From Holophagales bacterium UBA5066 (GTDB lineage: Bacteria > Acidobacteriota > Thermoanaerobaculia > UBA5066): a DNA stretch of 64,000 nucleotides. Shown one piece after another: positions 56,088 to 64,000 of the stretch (position 1 is the first letter of the stretch; each line of letters opens with the position of its first letter). The stretch spans positions 51,697-115,696 of the forward strand of contig DIAY01000212.1 in NCBI GenBank assembly GCA_002414905.1, read 5' to 3'. The position numbers were made by a program, and so were the translations under genes. Below the pieces are notes generated by a model, which was not told the origin of the DNA, did no database searches, and saw only the letters and a program-made list of their open reading frames with translations.

Positions 56088-56504
56088 ATGACGATCCATC
56101 AATACGCTCTCCACGAGCGGCTCGAACGGATGTTCGGGCGAACTCCGGAGTGGTCCGCCCTACACGCTGCGCGGCAGTCGTGCGGGCAACTCTCGCCGGA
56201 GGACGCGTATGTCCATCTTTCGCGGCTCTTCGTCGCTTTCCAAGGGTGGCGCTTCACGCGTCTCCCGAGAACTGCGGGGCTCCCGCAGACGCCAGAAGAA
56301 CGGCGAGAGAGCTTCTTCCGAGCGCTCGATGAAGAGCGCCACGCCCGGGAGGTCGTCCCGGAAACCTACGAGCCATCGCTCGATGAGCGGCCGTCGGCAG
56401 TGGGCGAAATGGCGCCATACCTCGAGCTCAACCCCGAACTGGAAGAAGCCCTGGAAATTGACTACCCGGGCCTCTCCCATCGGCGGACTGCTCGCGTCGT
56501 ATGA
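56088..56504 (+). CDS. hypothetical protein
   Basis: An open frame with plausible composition (MTIHQYALHERLERMFG...). There is no domain call. Confidence 0.3.
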   Translation: MTIHQYALHERLERMFGRTPEWSALHAARQSCGQLSPEDAYVHLSRLFVAFQGWRFTRLPRTAGLPQTPEERRESFFRALDEERHAREVVPETYEPSLDERPSAVGEMAPYLELNPELEEALEIDYPGLSHRRTARVV

Positions 56505-56815
56505 GCGGCCGTTTTGCAGAGGTGCCCTCGCGCCGTTCCTGTCCGGAGTGCACCGGAGCAGGGCGAGGCGAAAACCCTCTCTACTATTACGTATCGGACG
56601 AGGGAGATCTTTCATTCTTCCAGGTTCGATGCTCGAACCGACGGGACTGCGGGTACGTCGAAACCCGCGCAGGGGCATTCGGACTCGCGACGAGGAGCGC
56701 GCTCCTTAAGTCGCGCAAGACCGTCCGCCGCCTCGTCGTCGCGGCCGTCGCCGAGGTGATCGCTCTGATCACCATCGGGATGACCCTCACGGTCGTCCTC
56801 GCGCAGGGTCGCTAG
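56501..56815 (+). CDS. small zinc-ribbon protein with a C-terminal TM helix
   Basis: CPEC...C..C cysteines plus a hydrophobic tail VVAAVAEVIALITIGMTLTVVLA. Its start overlaps the upstream stop. Confidence 0.35.
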   Translation: MSGRFAEVPSRRSCPECTGAGRGENPLYYYVSDEGDLSFFQVRCSNRRDCGYVETRAGAFGLATRSALLKSRKTVRRLVVAAVAEVIALITIGMTLTVVLAQGR

Positions 56816-56927
56816 AACAGAAACAGAAACACACCCACCGGGAGGCTTGCCCAGCTCTCCCCCTTCCCTCTCGGAGCGTCCACCCCGAGAGCAGATCAGC
56901 TGCCGTCACGGCAGAAGGAGGTGCAAC

Positions 56928-57848
56928 GTGCGTCCAGTCGAACCCACCTGGGACGAAATCGCCGTCCGCTACCGCCTCACGCTCCGGCTCCAGGGAAGGC
57001 AGCTCCGCGGCCGATGCCCGCTCCACGGCGGGCAGAACCCGACGGCGTTCGTCGTCGAGCCTACAGGGGGCGTCTTCTTCTGCCACGCCTGCGGACAGGG
57101 GGGCGGCATCGGGACGTTCGTTCGCCTCATGGAGGGCGACACCGGCGCCGATCGAGGCGCCCGGGTCCCTGAGGATCTGCGCACACGTCGGCTCGGGCCA
57201 AGCCCCCTCGAGCTCCGCCGACTGGCTCGTCTTCGAGACGTCCTCCTCCATGGCCTCCCCGAAGTCGAGCCGGTCTACCCGCGCGACGGCACGCACCCGT
57301 ACTTCGCCTCGCGCGGCGCTGCCTCGTCGACAGTTTCGGCCCTCGGGGGAGGCGTCTACACGGGACCTGGCCCCTACCACCGTCGCGCGGTCTTCCCTGT
57401 CTGGACCCCCGAGGGAAAGCTCGTCGGTCACATCGGACGCGCCATCGATTCTGGCGTCGAGCCGCGGTACCTCTGCGAGCGGGGCTTTCGGAAATCGCTC
57501 CTGCTCTACAACGAGCAGTCGGGCCAGGCGACGGACACGGTGTTCGTCGTCGAGGGGATCTTCGACGCCCTCGCAGTGATCCAGGCCGGCTTCGCGAACG
57601 TCGTGGCCCTCCTCGGGGCGGTGGCCTCGCCGTACCAGCTCGCGGCGCTGTCCTCTTCCCGGCACGTCGTCTCGCTCCTCGATGCCGACGATGCTGGTCG
57701 CCGTGGGGCGACGCTGCTCCGGGAAGTCCTCGGGAGGAACGTGACGGTATGCGATCTCGTGCATGGCGATCCCGGGGACGCGATGGCGGATCGTATTCGG
57801 TACGCGCTCGCGGGAGCCGTCACCGGTTCGCCTCTGCGCCCCGGTTGA
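56928..57848 (+). CDS. DNA primase-like protein (CHC2 zinc finger + Toprim), no helicase domain
   Basis: A GTG start with AAGGAGG upstream. The zinc finger is CPLHGGQNPTAFVVEPTGGVFFCHACGQGG and the Toprim motifs are VFVVEGIFDALAV...LLDADDAG. Confidence 0.75.
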   Translation: MRPVEPTWDEIAVRYRLTLRLQGRQLRGRCPLHGGQNPTAFVVEPTGGVFFCHACGQGGGIGTFVRLMEGDTGADRGARVPEDLRTRRLGPSPLELRRLARLRDVLLHGLPEVEPVYPRDGTHPYFASRGAASSTVSALGGGVYTGPGPYHRRAVFPVWTPEGKLVGHIGRAIDSGVEPRYLCERGFRKSLLLYNEQSGQATDTVFVVEGIFDALAVIQAGFANVVALLGAVASPYQLAALSSSRHVVSLLDADDAGRRGATLLREVLGRNVTVCDLVHGDPGDAMADRIRYALAGAVTGSPLRPG

Positions 57849-58046
57849 AGATCGGCCTCTCTCTGGACGACCACACTCGGCGCTGGCACAATGCTCTTTC
57901 GACTTCGTGCCTGACGCACTCGTCAGGCCCCGTTCGAAGAGGCGTTCACGCGATCCCGGTCATCAGCCGCTCACATGCCTCCACACTCTCGGGATCTGGC
58001 TTCGATATTCGGCGAGGATTGACCACGAGAGACCAGGGCCGAGGAG

Positions 58047-61000
58047 ATGTTCATGTCAATCGGAACCCCCGTCCGCTTCGCCGCTACGCGCGTGCGAGGT
58101 CTCCTTTCCTGCGGCCTAGCCCTCGCCCTTCTGGCAGCAGGGGACGCTCGCGGAGCGTGCACCCTGACCTGCTCCGGGAGCATCGTCATGAATGCCGTTG
58201 CCGGAGATCAGGTCCCTTTCGAAGCCATCGCTACCGCGACCGGCTGCACCGGCTCCCCTTCGTTCCAGTGGAACTTCGGCGACGGCACAACCTCAACCCT
58301 CCGGACCGGAACGCATGTCTTCGCGAACCCCGGTCTCTATCCCGTCACCCTGTCGGTCTCGGTTCCCGGCGCGAGCACCTGCACCAAGGCGGGAACCGTC
58401 TCCGTCAGCTACGTCCCGCTTCCCGGGGACGATGTGACTGTCAGCACCTTCGCAGGCAGGACCGGGGTGGTTGGAAAGGACGACGGTCCAGCCGAGTTTG
58501 CGACCTTCAGCGACATCTACGGGGTCGCTCCTGACGCAGTGGGAAACATCTTCGTGGCCGATTTCAACAACACGATTCGAAAGATCAGCACCGCGGGGGT
58601 CGTGACGACGGTCGCAGGGAGGGCTGGGTCCAGCGGATACGCTGACGGTCCAGCGACGCAGGCCAGGTTCCACAACCCGCGCGGCATGGTTTTCGACGTC
58701 AACGGGATCCTCCTCGTCGCCGACTACTTCAACTGCACGATACGGAAAGTTACGCCTGATGGACAAGTGTCGACCTTCGTCGGCACCGGGAAGAGCTGCG
58801 GGGCCAAGGATGGATGGAACAGCGAGGCCCGCTTCAACAACCCCAATGGACTCGCGCTCGGTCGCAACGGATTCCTCTACGTGGCTGATTCCGGGAGTCA
58901 CACTATTCGCGTCGTCTCCCCCGACGGCAAGGTCATGACCCTCGCGGGGCAGGCTGGGGTATCCGGCAACGCCGACGGCTCCGCCTTCTCCGCCCGTTTC
59001 AACTACCCGCACAGCCTGTCGTTTGACGACGCGGGGAATCTCTACGTCTCCGAGGGTACCGGGCGCCGCATCCGAAGGATCTCCCCCGATGGGGTCGTCA
59101 GTACCGTCATCGACATGAGCACGAGCCGCTACGGGGAGTTTGCCGCATACCCCGAGGGAATCACCGTGGCTCCCGACGGCGCCCTCTACATCGTCGACTG
59201 GGCCAGGTACGCCGTCTTCAAGCTGCCGCTCGGCGACACACTTCGTGTCCTCGCCGGCCTCCCCGGCAGCCGGGGCACCAGCGACGGGACCGGTCCAGCC
59301 GCCCGGTTCTACATGCCGACCGCCATCACCTGGAGCCCCAAGCACGGCGCACTCTTCGTCGCCGACGCCTCGAACCACACGATTCGCAAAATCGCTCCGC
59401 CGCCGTCGCCGGTCGCCGACCTCGTCGTACGAGGCGGTGCGAACCCCGGCCCGCGTCTCGTGGGCTCCGAGACGACCTGGATGCTGACGGTGACGAACGA
59501 CGGCCCGACGTCCGCCACGGAGTCCACCCTCGAGGTGGAGGTGCCCTCGCTCTTCACGGGCGTGTCCGGTCGGGTATCGACGAGCGGAAGCTGTACCGGC
59601 GCCCCTTCCCTCCGGTGCACCCTCGGCGCGCTTGAGCCCGGGGCTTCGGCGACGGTCACGGTCGGCGGCATCGCGAGCGCCGCCGGGGTGGCTCGCCTCC
59701 GGGCACGTGCGCAGAGTTCCACGACCGAGAGTGACCCGGCCACCAACGTCTTCGAGTCCATCGTTGAGGTGCTCTCGAGTACCCCCGGGCAGATGCGGCG
59801 CGACTTCTTCGTCCCGGTGGTCCTCTCGTCCTCGGGGGCGAACGGTTCGTACTTCACGACTGAGCTCACCGTCACGAACCGGGGCACGCGCGCGGTCACG
59901 GCGCTCTTCAGCTACACCGCCGCCGCCGGAGGCGGGTCCGGAGCCACCACCATCCCCGAGGTTGTCGGCGCCGGCCTCCAGACGGTCGTGCCGGATGCCA
60001 TCACGTTCCTGGCCGAACGCGGCCTGCCGATTCCGACATCGGGGAATCGGGTCGGAACGCTCCGGGCCTCGTTCGACGGACTGGACGATCCGCTGTCCGT
60101 CTCCGTGACGGCGCGGACCACCACCGCGGTCTCGAGCCCGGCCGGCCGCGCTGGGCTGGCGTACAGCGGCGTACCGCCGAGCCGACTCCTCACCGGCACG
60201 GCGATCATCCCCGGTCTCCGCTACGACGCGGCGAACCGCAGCAACCTCGCGATCCAGAACGCTGGAGATCCCGCCGACGGTCCCGCGACGTTCTCGGTCA
60301 CGGTCACGTCCGGCGACCCCGCCGTTCCCTTCGAGAAGGTGCTCCCGCCGCTCGTCCTCGAGCCGGGCGGGTTCCAGCAGTACTCCCCGGGTGACATGGG
60401 GCTGGCCTCCGGCTTCCAGGGCGTCGCGCGAGTGGACCGCGTCTCCGGGACCGCCCCGTTCTTCGCGTACGGCGTTGTGAACGACCAGGGCACGTCCGAC
60501 GGGTCCTTCATTCTCCCGATCGTCACGAACCGTGCCGGAGATGTCACGGGGTTCACTGTCCCCGTCGCGGTTGAGACCGCGGCCTTCTCGACCGAACTCG
60601 TGCTCTCGAACCGCGGGACTTCCGCCCTGGCGATCACGATTCGGCTCGCCTCGACGTCGGGGGTCGACGTCTCTGCGAACTTCCAGCTGCTCCCGAAGGA
60701 GCAGCGGATCTTGCCGAAGGTCGTGGATGCACTCCGTCAAGCCGGCGCCTCGATCCCTGGGCAGTCGATCGTCGGACCGCTCTTCGTGACGCGAACGGGA
60801 GGCGGCAGCCTCTCATCGCTTTCGGTCGGCGCTCGCACCTCGTCGGCCGGCGGTGCCGGGCGCTTCGGCCTCTACTACGAGGCGATTCCGTATGGGACCG
60901 CCGCAACCGGGTCGCTCTCCCTCAGTGCCCTTCGGCAGGACGCAGACAACCGAACGAACCTCGCCTGCGTGAACACGGGGGAGCACGATGGTGGCCCGAT

Positions 61001-61262
61001 CGACCTCAAGCTCGAGATCTTCGACGGCACCACCGGCACCCTGACCGCGACCGATCAGAAAGGCTTCCTCGGCATGTCCGCGCAGGGCTTCGTGCAGCTC
61101 GATTCCGTCCTGAAGACGCTCGCGCCGTCAGCCTCGAACGGGTATGCCCGCGTGACACGGACGAGTGGCGGCAACCCATTCCTCTGTTACGCGGTTATCA
61201 ACGACGGCGGGATTCCGCGGTCGCGCACTGACGACGGTGCCTTCATCGCGGCCGACGAGTAG
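58047..61262 (+). CDS. large secreted surface protein: N-terminal NHL-repeat beta-propeller, central DUF11-like domain, and three copies of an uncharacterised ~150-aa C-terminal repeat
   Basis: 1071 aa with a signal peptide. NHL-type repeats such as GVAPDAVGNIFVADFNNTIRKIS occur about 6 times. The C-terminal repeats are DFFVPVV...TELTVTNRGT, SFILPIV...TELVLSNRGT and NRTNLACVNTG. Confidence 0.75.
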   Translation: MFMSIGTPVRFAATRVRGLLSCGLALALLAAGDARGACTLTCSGSIVMNAVAGDQVPFEAIATATGCTGSPSFQWNFGDGTTSTLRTGTHVFANPGLYPVTLSVSVPGASTCTKAGTVSVSYVPLPGDDVTVSTFAGRTGVVGKDDGPAEFATFSDIYGVAPDAVGNIFVADFNNTIRKISTAGVVTTVAGRAGSSGYADGPATQARFHNPRGMVFDVNGILLVADYFNCTIRKVTPDGQVSTFVGTGKSCGAKDGWNSEARFNNPNGLALGRNGFLYVADSGSHTIRVVSPDGKVMTLAGQAGVSGNADGSAFSARFNYPHSLSFDDAGNLYVSEGTGRRIRRISPDGVVSTVIDMSTSRYGEFAAYPEGITVAPDGALYIVDWARYAVFKLPLGDTLRVLAGLPGSRGTSDGTGPAARFYMPTAITWSPKHGALFVADASNHTIRKIAPPPSPVADLVVRGGANPGPRLVGSETTWMLTVTNDGPTSATESTLEVEVPSLFTGVSGRVSTSGSCTGAPSLRCTLGALEPGASATVTVGGIASAAGVARLRARAQSSTTESDPATNVFESIVEVLSSTPGQMRRDFFVPVVLSSSGANGSYFTTELTVTNRGTRAVTALFSYTAAAGGGSGATTIPEVVGAGLQTVVPDAITFLAERGLPIPTSGNRVGTLRASFDGLDDPLSVSVTARTTTAVSSPAGRAGLAYSGVPPSRLLTGTAIIPGLRYDAANRSNLAIQNAGDPADGPATFSVTVTSGDPAVPFEKVLPPLVLEPGGFQQYSPGDMGLASGFQGVARVDRVSGTAPFFAYGVVNDQGTSDGSFILPIVTNRAGDVTGFTVPVAVETAAFSTELVLSNRGTSALAITIRLASTSGVDVSANFQLLPKEQRILPKVVDALRQAGASIPGQSIVGPLFVTRTGGGSLSSLSVGARTSSAGGAGRFGLYYEAIPYGTAATGSLSLSALRQDADNRTNLACVNTGEHDGGPIDLKLEIFDGTTGTLTATDQKGFLGMSAQGFVQLDSVLKTLAPSASNGYARVTRTSGGNPFLCYAVINDGGIPRSRTDDGAFIAADE

Positions 61263-61349
61263 CGAGGGAAACGCTTCCTCGTACCTCCGGGTCGGAGAGG
61301 TCGGGTCCCGAACAGCGGCGGCAGGCCTGGGCGAGGGGAGTCTGCGTCG

Positions 61350-62864
61350 CTATGAGCGGTTGACTCCGGTGCCACGTTCATCGAGCACAATCGCGCCCTC
61401 AGCTTTCACCCGTCTGCGCTTCTCGTGCTCCACCGACCGGAGCCCCTCGCAGCAGTAGAGGATTGCGGCCCGAACCAGACGGAGCAACTGGAATGTCCGG
61501 CGCTCCAGGTCGTCGTCCGCGATCGTGTCCCACGGCCACCCGCGTCCACCTTCAAGCGTCCCGTGGAGGACGAGCGAGTGTTGAAGATCATTGCGCGATG
61601 CACGCAGATCGTTGAACCGGCCATTGTCCCTCTCGAAGCTCGCGGACAGGTACATGAGCGCGCGGAGGCCGACCGAGTCTGGCCAGGCCACGCTCGAGCG
61701 GAAGGCCAGCACCTTGTTCGCCTTCGTGAAGAACAACTTGTCGAAGTAGAGGCCAGCCGCATCGATGCCGAGGCGGGCGTTCCACAGGTCGGCGATGCGG
61801 TCGAGAACGCCATACGACTCCCGAAATGCTGCAGCGAGGAACGCGGAGCGCCGCGAGAAGGCCAACCCAGTGACGGGCCAGCTCAGGATTTCGACGGGAG
61901 CGGTCGCCTGCGCGCGCGAGAGCCAGAGGAGGCTCCGTGCGCCGATAAAGCCCTGAAGCAGGACGTTTACCTCGGCCGGGGTGCGGTCGGCCTGCTCCTT
62001 CGCTTCGGGACCCACGAGAATTCCGGCGAGCGGGTACCGGTCGTAGGCCATCGGGCTCTCAACGCGGCAGCCTGAGCAGAGGTTGAGGCCAAGTCCCGAC
62101 TTCCAGACGAACGCCTCTAGCTGCTCGTCCCACGGGTCGTGTTCCAGAAGCAGGCTCTCGACCGTGCGCGCGGGGTCCATGTCGGGGTGCGGGTGGGGCC
62201 TCACCTCGTCGAGAAGTCGCTGTGCCCGCGTGATGTTGCTCGCGAGCCGATCGCGGAACGGAAGGTCGTCGACTTCGAACACGAGCGCTCGCTGGTACGC
62301 GGCGACTGCGTCCTGGAGCAGGTCGGGGTAGCGGTTGTAAAACGCCCAGACTCCCCAGAGCATGTCGCCCAGGGCGGCCCAGCCCCTCCCGTGTTCGGGG
62401 TGTCGGGTGAGCGTCTCGCGGGCGAGGTCGAGTCCCTCAATCGCACGCCCGGCGCGGAGGAGCGCGGAGGCGAAGTTGAAGGACGGCTCGGGCCGCACGT
62501 CTCCCGCGGCATCGATCGCCTCGTAGTACAGCGAGAGTACTTCGCTCAGCGCTGGATCGGGGGTAACTGTAGTGACCACCTCGGGGGAGTCAGGGAGGAG
62601 CCGCGAAAGCCCGTTGGCGAGGTTGTAGGTCAGCGAGGTGCCGGGTGCCAGCCCGCGGGCCTGGCGTGTCAGGATGACACCCTCTTCGACGAGGCCCAGC
62701 GCACCGGTGTAGCTGCCGATGTCGATGAAGACGGCCCCGACCTTCCCGAGAACGGCCGCTTCTGGCCCAGGGGAGACGAGCCATCGGCGTGCTTCCTCCT
62801 CGGCGGTTGTTTGATCGCCTCGGCTAACGAGGTCCGTGATCTCCCGGAACGACAGGTAGCTCAT
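61350..62864 (-). CDS. TPR-repeat + C-terminal HEPN-domain (Rx4H; LA2681-like) protein, putative defence RNase/toxin
   Basis: 504 aa. The helical N-terminal part is TPR-like, and the C-terminus carries RASRNDLQHSLVLHG (R-x4-H). Its start codon overlaps the hsdR stop by 4 nt. Confidence 0.6.
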   Translation of the reverse strand: MSYLSFREITDLVSRGDQTTAEEEARRWLVSPGPEAAVLGKVGAVFIDIGSYTGALGLVEEGVILTRQARGLAPGTSLTYNLANGLSRLLPDSPEVVTTVTPDPALSEVLSLYYEAIDAAGDVRPEPSFNFASALLRAGRAIEGLDLARETLTRHPEHGRGWAALGDMLWGVWAFYNRYPDLLQDAVAAYQRALVFEVDDLPFRDRLASNITRAQRLLDEVRPHPHPDMDPARTVESLLLEHDPWDEQLEAFVWKSGLGLNLCSGCRVESPMAYDRYPLAGILVGPEAKEQADRTPAEVNVLLQGFIGARSLLWLSRAQATAPVEILSWPVTGLAFSRRSAFLAAAFRESYGVLDRIADLWNARLGIDAAGLYFDKLFFTKANKVLAFRSSVAWPDSVGLRALMYLSASFERDNGRFNDLRASRNDLQHSLVLHGTLEGGRGWPWDTIADDDLERRTFQLLRLVRAAILYCCEGLRSVEHEKRRRVKAEGAIVLDERGTGVNRS

Positions 62865-64000
62865 GGGGCTGCTTCCGCGGCACTTGGTCCCGGATCGCCT
62901 CCTCCCCGGATTCGGTCGTACACGTCCTTGAGGAGCGTCTTCGCGACGAGCTTCTGGAAGTCGGCGTCGCCCATGAATCGGCCGAAGAGTTCCTCGTTCT
63001 GGTCCATCCGGTCGATGAAGATGCCCTCGAGCGCCTTCTCGAACACGAAGCGGAAGTCGTCGAGGTTGTTGACCTTCGCGGCCTCCTGGAGATCCTCGCG
63101 GGAGGAGGCCTCCTCGCGGATCTGGTCGAAGAAGAGTTCATCTGCCGGACGGAAGGTCGTTCCGAATCGCTCGTTCAGGACGTCGATGAGGCGCGAGAGT
63201 TCGACCTCCTCGTCCTTCGCCTTTCCCGTCCCGACCTCGGTCGGCCCCTTGAGCACCCCGCCCCCGCCGGCGTTGAGCGCGATCGTCCCCTCGCTGATCT
63301 TCTGGAGCCGGTAGAACTTCAGCTGAACGTCGCCGTCGAAGTCGTAGACGGCGCTCCGGCGACGCGGGAGCTCCTTGGCGAGGTGGCGGAGATAGGTGTA
63401 GAGCTTCTCGAGGTCGGTGTCCTGGAACGGGATCACCTGGGAGAGGAATGCGTAGAGGTTCCGGAACGACGTGAGGAGCCCGCGGAACTCCTCTTGGCGC
63501 TCCTCGTCCAGGGCGTTGAACCGGCCCACGGCCGGGGCGAGGCAGGCGTAGATCTTCGCGAGGTCTCCGGTCGACTGGCGCTCCGTGGGCTTGAAGTACG
63601 TTCGGCAGAGCTCCTCGACCTCGGCGGTGAAGTAGACCTGGAGGGCGTCGAGGTTGGCCTGGAGCTCGTAGAGCTGGTGCGGGTCCGCCTCCTCGCCGAG
63701 GAGCGGCTGCTCGTAGTAGGGCTGGAAGGCGGCGTGGATGTCCTCCGCCTCGTTCACGAAGTCGAGGACGAAGGTGTCGTCCTTCCCGGGCGCGGTGCGG
63801 TTGAGGCGCGAGAGGGTCTGCACGGCCTGGACCCCGTCAAGGCGCTTGTCGACGTACATCGTGTGCAGGAGCGGCTGGTCGAAGCCGGTCTGGTACTTCT
63901 CGGCGACGAGGAGCACCCGGAATTCCTCTCCCGCGAAACGCTCGGGGAGCTCCCGCTCGCGGATGCCGCCGTTCATCTCGACCTCGGTGTACGTCGTCCC
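62861..64000 (-). CDS. hsdR: type I restriction enzyme R subunit (HsdR), C-terminal part; N-terminus beyond the window end
   Basis: The frame is open to the window edge. It carries helicase motif VI-like QTLSRLNR and the typical VLLVAEKYQTGFDQPLLHTMYVDKRL region. Confidence 0.75.
   Translation of the reverse strand, partial: GTTYTEVEMNGGIRERELPERFAGEEFRVLLVAEKYQTGFDQPLLHTMYVDKRLDGVQAVQTLSRLNRTAPGKDDTFVLDFVNEAEDIHAAFQPYYEQPLLGEEADPHQLYELQANLDALQVYFTAEVEELCRTYFKPTERQSTGDLAKIYACLAPAVGRFNALDEERQEEFRGLLTSFRNLYAFLSQVIPFQDTDLEKLYTYLRHLAKELPRRRSAVYDFDGDVQLKFYRLQKISEGTIALNAGGGGVLKGPTEVGTGKAKDEEVELSRLIDVLNERFGTTFRPADELFFDQIREEASSREDLQEAAKVNNLDDFRFVFEKALEGIFIDRMDQNEELFGRFMGDADFQKLVAKTLLKDVYDRIRGGGDPGPSAAEAAP

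Noticed and set aside
57884-57900. TGGCAC-aatgc-TCTTTC upstream of the NHL surface protein as a sigma-54 promoter
   Set aside because: The -24 box is good but there is no TTGC at -12, since GC is not in the 12-nt register.

Overview
This is a ~70% GC bacterial chromosomal segment. The RND efflux pump with an outer-membrane factor, the sigma-54 promoters and the sigma-54 enhancer-binding protein all point to a diderm host. The left 49 kb is mostly housekeeping and accessory metabolism with no phage or plasmid hallmarks.

Left part, in order:
- A glycosylation cluster (GT4, SAM-methyltransferase, a 1709-aa GT39 + DUF2298/YYY fusion, and a convergent GT39-like gene).
- An AGCS symporter, an ABC-F ATPase, a Zn-alcohol dehydrogenase, a CHMI-like isomerase, a PfkB kinase and rubrerythrin.
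- A GT2 / DUF4922 / SpoIID cassette.
- A YhhN protein, an MBL hydrolase, a NAGS-like gene, rtcB, a sigma-54-driven membrane-anchored GcvH-like gene, pgm, a Kelch protein, speH, KefB and a tricorn protease.
- A GAF sigma-54 activator followed by a 40-bp palindrome, sigma-54-like promoter(s), a STAS protein and an RND efflux operon.

From about 49.5 kb to the window end the character changes.
- Two ~112-bp direct repeats, each a terminator hairpin plus the 3' part of a tRNA broken in the anticodon loop, bracket an ECF sigma / anti-sigma cargo module.
- Next to the second repeat sits a tyrosine integrase.
- It is followed by a J-domain protein, a Zn-ribbon protein, a helicase-less CHC2-Toprim primase and a giant NHL surface protein.
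- The window ends with a type I restriction hsdR whose stop overlaps the start of a TPR + HEPN (Rx4H) gene.

I read this right part as a composite tRNA-targeted genomic island or satellite carrying defence cargo. The RM-coupled HEPN gene and the sigma-54 / STAS / RND circuit are the most interesting candidates.

Coordinates were derived from the supplied ORF track. Hand-indexed motif positions (promoters, hairpins, repeats) may be off by 1-2 nt.
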